Shown: positions 60,198-64,000 of the stretch, in pieces
How positions within the stretch are numbered: position 1 is the stretch's first letter
Layout: each line of letters starts with the position of its first letter
Assembly: GCA_913055655.1 (NCBI GenBank)
Contig: CAJXKA010000001.1
Coordinates: 680,842 to 744,841 of the forward strand
Origin: an uncultured Oceanospirillales bacterium
GTDB lineage: Bacteria; Pseudomonadota; Gammaproteobacteria; Xanthomonadales; SZUA-36
Length of the DNA: 64,000 bases
Direction: 5' to 3'
The notes under the pieces: model-generated
Database searches by the model: none
The model's input: only the letters and a program-made list of their open reading frames with translations
What the model was told of the DNA's origin: nothing
Program-made: the position numbers and the translations under genes

Positions 60198-61084
60198 CAT
60201 CACGCAATGAGGCCGGCATTCGCACGGCCGTTTTTCCGGTTGCCGGTCTCGGCACCCGTTTTCTCCCGGCCACAAGGGCCGTCCCCAAGGAACTCCTGCC
60301 GGTCGTCGACCGGCCGCTGGTGCAGTACGCCGTCCACGAGGCCGTGGAGGCGGGCGCCGAAACGCTGGTATTCGTGATCAGTGAAGGCAAGGAATCCGTG
60401 GCCGAGCATTTCCGGCCGGACCCGGCGCTCGAGGCCGACCTTGCCGCCGCCGGCAAGGTCGCGCTGGTGGCACGCCTGAAAGACATACTCCCTGAGGGCG
60501 TTCGCGTCGAGGTGGCCTACCAGCCGAAACCGCTGGGCCTGGGGCACGCCGTGTTATGCGCGCGTGAGTTCGTCGACGAATCGGCTTTTTTCTCGGTGTT
60601 ATTGCCCGATGACATGATTCTCAACGACGGCCCCGGCGCCCTGGCACAGATGGCCGCCGTGCACGCCCGGACCGGTGGCGGGGTGGTCGGCGTGGAAGCG
60701 GTTGATCCGCAGATGACCGGAAGCTATGGCATTGCCGAAGTGGATGAGGGCGAGGTGCCGCGCATCACGTCGCTGGTTGAAAAGCCCGCGCCGGAAGACG
60801 CACCGTCCAACCTGGGCGTCGTCGGCCGCTACATCCTCGATGGCCGGATCTTCAGCCTGCTCGAAGACCTCGGCGCCGGCGCCGGCGGCGAAATCCAGCT
60901 GACCGACGCCATTGCCGGCATGCTGGGCGACCACCCGGTTTACGCCGGTACGCTGGCCGGCACGCGGTATGACTGTGGCAACCGGGTCGGCATGCTCAAG
61001 GCCAATATCGATTATGCGCTGGCGAACCCCGAGTTGCGCGGCGCCATGCTTGACCACCTTCGACAGCTCGATCTCGACGACTGA
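60194..61084 (+). CDS. galU: UTP--glucose-1-phosphate uridylyltransferase
   Basis: AVFPVAGLGTRFLPATRAVPKELLP, VEKP motif. Confidence 0.95.
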   Translation: MTSRNEAGIRTAVFPVAGLGTRFLPATRAVPKELLPVVDRPLVQYAVHEAVEAGAETLVFVISEGKESVAEHFRPDPALEADLAAAGKVALVARLKDILPEGVRVEVAYQPKPLGLGHAVLCAREFVDESAFFSVLLPDDMILNDGPGALAQMAAVHARTGGGVVGVEAVDPQMTGSYGIAEVDEGEVPRITSLVEKPAPEDAPSNLGVVGRYILDGRIFSLLEDLGAGAGGEIQLTDAIAGMLGDHPVYAGTLAGTRYDCGNRVGMLKANIDYALANPELRGAMLDHLRQLDLDD

Positions 61085-61087
61085 CCC

Positions 61088-62125
61088 GTGCGTCGCGTCC
61101 GGCCCCAACCCGAATGGCCCGCCGGCCAGGTCAAACGCTTCCGGCATACTTCCCGCGCACTGGAAGGTAACCCCTGGGATGACCCGGTCACGCGCGATGT
61201 CTGCGTGTACCTGCCGCCCGGTTACGAAGAATCGGGCGATCCGTTTGTCGCGCTCTGGGATTTTGCCGCGTTTACCAACAGTGGGCCGGGGCACCTGAAC
61301 TGGCGCAACCACGGCGAAAACCTGGTCCAGCGAGTTGATCGGCTGATCCACGAGGGGCAACTACCGCCCGTGGTCGTCGTCATGCCCGATGCCTACACGT
61401 CGCTGGGCGGCAACCAGTATGTCGATTCGGCGGCCGTGGGCCTGTACGAGACCCATATCGTCGACGAACTCGTGCCCTTCGTGGGCGAGCACCTGAATGT
61501 CGTCGATGGCCCGGAAGGCCGCGGTGTTTTCGGCAAGTCATCGGGTGGCTACGGGGCCCTGGTGCATGCCATGCGGCACCCGGACACGTGGGGTGGTGCG
61601 GCTGCTCACGCCGGTGACTGTGGCTTCGACCGGGTGTTCCTGCCGGAATTTCCGGCCGCCGCGCTGGCACTGTCCGAATTCGATGGCAACGCGCGCGCGC
61701 TGGTGGAACGTTTCTGGCGGAAACGGCAGCCCGGCGGGCGAGATTTCACCGCCCTGATGGTGGTCGCGATGGCGGCCAGTTATGACCCCGACCCTGGCAA
61801 CCCGGAGCGCATTCGCATGCCCTTCGACCCGGTCACCTGTGAGCTGATCCCCGAACGCTGGACGGCCTGGCTGCGACACGATCCGGTGAACATGGTTGAG
61901 CAACATGTCGATGCACTGAAGTCGCTGCGTTGCCTGTATATCGACGTGGGTTGCCGGGACCAGTACAACATCCAGTTCGGCAGCCGGCAGCTGTCCGCGG
62001 CACTGGAAAAGCACGGCGTCCGCCACCACTTTGAAGAGTTCGACGGCACACATTCGCAGATCGACTGGCGCCTGGACACCTCGCTACCCATGCTGGCGGG
62101 CGCCCTGGAAGGACGACGTGATTGA
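61088..62125 (+). CDS. Alpha/beta-hydrolase esterase (putative esterase / enterochelin-esterase-like family)
   Basis: 345 aa; GTG start; nucleophile elbow GKSSGGYGA. Substrate unknown. Confidence 0.7.
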   Translation: MRRVRPQPEWPAGQVKRFRHTSRALEGNPWDDPVTRDVCVYLPPGYEESGDPFVALWDFAAFTNSGPGHLNWRNHGENLVQRVDRLIHEGQLPPVVVVMPDAYTSLGGNQYVDSAAVGLYETHIVDELVPFVGEHLNVVDGPEGRGVFGKSSGGYGALVHAMRHPDTWGGAAAHAGDCGFDRVFLPEFPAAALALSEFDGNARALVERFWRKRQPGGRDFTALMVVAMAASYDPDPGNPERIRMPFDPVTCELIPERWTAWLRHDPVNMVEQHVDALKSLRCLYIDVGCRDQYNIQFGSRQLSAALEKHGVRHHFEEFDGTHSQIDWRLDTSLPMLAGALEGRRD

Positions 62126-62699
62126 AATCAGTTCGGCCGCGCAGGCCTATTTCCACAAGTTAATCGAGCAACAGGGCGGTGACGACCTCGCCCTGCGGCT
62201 GAGCGTGCTCGCCCCTGGGACGCCCCGGGCCGTCTGTGACCTGCAGTTCTGGCCGTCCGACCGTCACCAGGCCGATGACCGCAAGCAGTCGTTCGAAGGT
62301 TTCGACCTGTACGTGGAGCCGCGCAGCGTTGATTGGCTTGAAGGTGCCGAGATCGATTTTGACGAAGATGAAACCGGCGGGCAGCTGAGCATCCGCGCAC
62401 CGGGGATCAAGGGCGATGCGCCCGGCGACGATGCGCCGCTGGCCGATCGTATCCAGTGGGTACTGGATGCCGAGATCAACCCGAACCTCGCGTCACACGG
62501 GGGTCACGTCAACCTCGAGACGGTGACGGAAAAGCAGGAAGTGGTGCTGCGTTTCGGCGGGGGCTGCCACGGCTGCGGCATGGTGGGCGTGACCCTGAAG
62601 CAGGGCATTGAAACCACGCTCAAGGAACACTTCCCGGAGATTACCGCCATCCTGGACGCGACCGATCACGCCAGCGGCGAGAATCCTTATTACCAGTAG
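62118..62699 (+). CDS. nfuA: Fe/S biogenesis protein NfuA
   Basis: GTG start gives VIEISSAAQAYFHKLIEQQ (compare E. coli MIRISDAAQAHF). C-terminal Nfu domain with CHGC. Confidence 0.88.
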   Translation: MIEISSAAQAYFHKLIEQQGGDDLALRLSVLAPGTPRAVCDLQFWPSDRHQADDRKQSFEGFDLYVEPRSVDWLEGAEIDFDEDETGGQLSIRAPGIKGDAPGDDAPLADRIQWVLDAEINPNLASHGGHVNLETVTEKQEVVLRFGGGCHGCGMVGVTLKQGIETTLKEHFPEITAILDATDHASGENPYYQ

Positions 62700-62737
62700 T
62701 TTTCGGTAGTCGGGCCGGGCGCCATCGCCCGACCGGT

Positions 62738-63073
62738 TTATTCGGCGTGTGACAGGTCGGTCAGGCCTTCACGGCTGGCGTACCAGGCCGCCAGGTCCTC
62801 GATGTCCTGGTCAGTCAGGTTCGCGGCGAAACCACTCATCAGCGGATTCACGCGACGACCTTCACGATAGTCGGTCAACGATTTTTCCAGGTAATCGGCA
62901 TGCTGACCGGCGATGACCGGGTAGGTCGGGTCGATACCGCGACCATCCTCGCCATGGCAGGCCTGGCAGGGAACAGATTTTTCCTTGCCCGCGGCCGGGT
63001 CGCCAGCGCCCATTGCGGCCGGAGACATTGCGACGATGGCCAGGGTGGCTGCCCACTTGAGTGAAGTACGCAT
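62738..63073 (-). CDS. Monoheme c-type cytochrome (class I)
   Basis: Signal peptide MRTSLKWAATLAIVAMSPAAMGA; heme motif CQACH; distal Met region. Confidence 0.85.
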   Translation of the reverse strand: MRTSLKWAATLAIVAMSPAAMGAGDPAAGKEKSVPCQACHGEDGRGIDPTYPVIAGQHADYLEKSLTDYREGRRVNPLMSGFAANLTDQDIEDLAAWYASREGLTDLSHAE

Positions 63074-63402
63074 CAGGATTCTCCCCCGTCTTCCAGGCTG
63101 CTCAGCCACGCCGAGATATCCGCGATATCCTGGTCGGACAGGCTTTCCGCCTGCGCCTGCATGGTCGGGTGCTTGCGGTCACCGGCGCGGTAGGCTTTCA
63201 GGGCCGCCTCGATGTAGGCGATGTTCTGGCCGCCGATCTTCGGCACCGAGTAGGTCGGATAGGTGTTCTTGTAGTCGGGAATACCGTGACAACCCATGCA
63301 GGTATAGCCCTTGATCTTGCCCGCGGCGGCGTCGCCTTCGGCCAGGACCGGCGTGGCCTGCAGTGTGGCTATCGCGATGACCGCGAAGATGAATCTGTGC
63401 AT
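63073..63402 (-). CDS. Monoheme c-type cytochrome (class I)
   Basis: Signal peptide MHRFIFAVIAIATLQATPVLA; heme motif CMGCH. ATGA overlap with the downstream cytochrome gene. Confidence 0.85.
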   Translation of the reverse strand: MHRFIFAVIAIATLQATPVLAEGDAAAGKIKGYTCMGCHGIPDYKNTYPTYSVPKIGGQNIAYIEAALKAYRAGDRKHPTMQAQAESLSDQDIADISAWLSSLEDGGES

Positions 63403-63676
63403 AACGGGGTGTGCTCCGGCTCGTGCGCTACAAGGGGGGCGATTATACCGGCTGGAGAGGGCAAACCAAAGACTGTCGACACCTTCGAGGTGAATCCGGC
63501 CACGCGTTGGTCGTATTCACCATGCGGTTCGCGCCTGCTCCTGCCCCAAAATGCCTGGAAAGCCCGCCGCCGCAACGTTACGGCTGATGGCGCGGAAGTT
63601 GCATCTATACCCGGGAAAGCGCAAGACCGGACCGGGCTCCTGTATCCGCACACGCGGGCCCGGGTCGCCGAAATGC

Positions 63677-63710
63677 CCCCGTCCCGGTGTCTGGACTCAC
63701 CGGGGCGGGG
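63677..63710 (-). terminator. Hairpin just downstream of the dnaE2 stop
   Basis: CCCCGTCCCGGTG 63677-63689 / CACCGGGGCGGGG 63698-63710: 13-bp stem with one G-T pair. Only a weak U-tract on the minus strand. Confidence 0.35.
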
Positions 63711-63713
63711 CTT

Positions 63714-64000
63714 TCAACAGAAATCGCGCGACTTCACGGAAAGGCCATCAAGCAGGTCGGAATAATCGTGTACCCGGTCGGCGACCAGGTGATGTACATC
63801 GCCGTCACTTTCCAGCACCCCGTCGACGGCCAGCAGGCTGGCGGTCAGCACCGTGGCGCGCTGGCGCTCCCAGGTGCGTTGCCACAGCACCACGTTGACG
63901 GCGCCGGTCTCGTCTTCCAGCGTGATGAACATCGTGCCGCTGGCGGTCATCGGGCGCTGGCGCAGCGTGACCAGGCCGCAGGCGCGGGCGCGGGTGCCGT
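63714..64000 (-). CDS. dnaE2: Error-prone DNA polymerase DnaE2 (ImuC), C-terminal end (partial, continues beyond the window)
   Basis: ...GLVTLRQRPMTASGTMFITLEDETGAVNVVLWQRTWERQR...HHLVADRVHDYSDLL...SRDF. Typical DnaE2 OB-fold tail. Confidence 0.85.
   Translation of the reverse strand, partial: GTRARACGLVTLRQRPMTASGTMFITLEDETGAVNVVLWQRTWERQRATVLTASLLAVDGVLESDGDVHHLVADRVHDYSDLLDGLSVKSRDFC

Noticed and set aside
62738-63402. Two adjacent cytochrome c ORFs as a frameshifted diheme cytochrome c4 pseudogene.
   Set aside because: Each ORF has its own signal peptide, its own CxxCH and a normal ATGA start/stop overlap. They are therefore two genuine monoheme genes.

Overview
This 64-kb window is chromosomal DNA with roughly 63-66% GC, and the gene order is typical of a gammaproteobacterium. 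Most of it is conserved housekeeping synteny. The main blocks are tig-clpP-clpX-lon-hupB-ppiD; fabI, pyrC, yidD, dksA, sufE, cysS and pepQ; tamA-tamB; a TonB-dependent receptor and ppnN; psd-prmB-aroC-asd-fimV-truA-trpFBA-accD-folC-SPOR-cvpA-purF; pheA-hisC-aroA-cmk-rpsA-ihfB-lapAB; an O-antigen/sugar block (GT4 transferase, WbpM-like, galU); nfuA; two cytochromes c; and the end of dnaE2. There are eight intact tRNA genes plus one tRNA half.

Four spots do not fit the housekeeping background.
- The window opens inside what reads as an ORF-bearing group I intron. It ends at G278, directly in front of the 3' half of a tRNA-Arg.
- A lower-GC four-helix-bundle (23S-IVS/Avd-like) gene sits between clpX and lon. 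It is bracketed by inverted tandem arrays of an 8-nt unit.
- A family of about 110-nt nested palindromic elements has three copies around fabI.
- A 3.2-kb mosaic islet lies between ppnN and psd. It carries brnTA (the toxin has no canonical start codon), a PIN/RHH toxin-antitoxin (TA) pair, and a 5'-truncated Rhs fragment. The Rhs fragment has a low-GC GH-E/HNH-type nuclease tip and an ankyrin immunity gene, and the cassette is framed by 90-nt direct repeats of rhs core sequence.

I saw no rRNA, CRISPR array, transposase or integrase. Many long ORFs in the six-frame track are antisense artefacts of high-GC coding DNA. All family assignments come from reading the translations and motifs from memory, not from searches.
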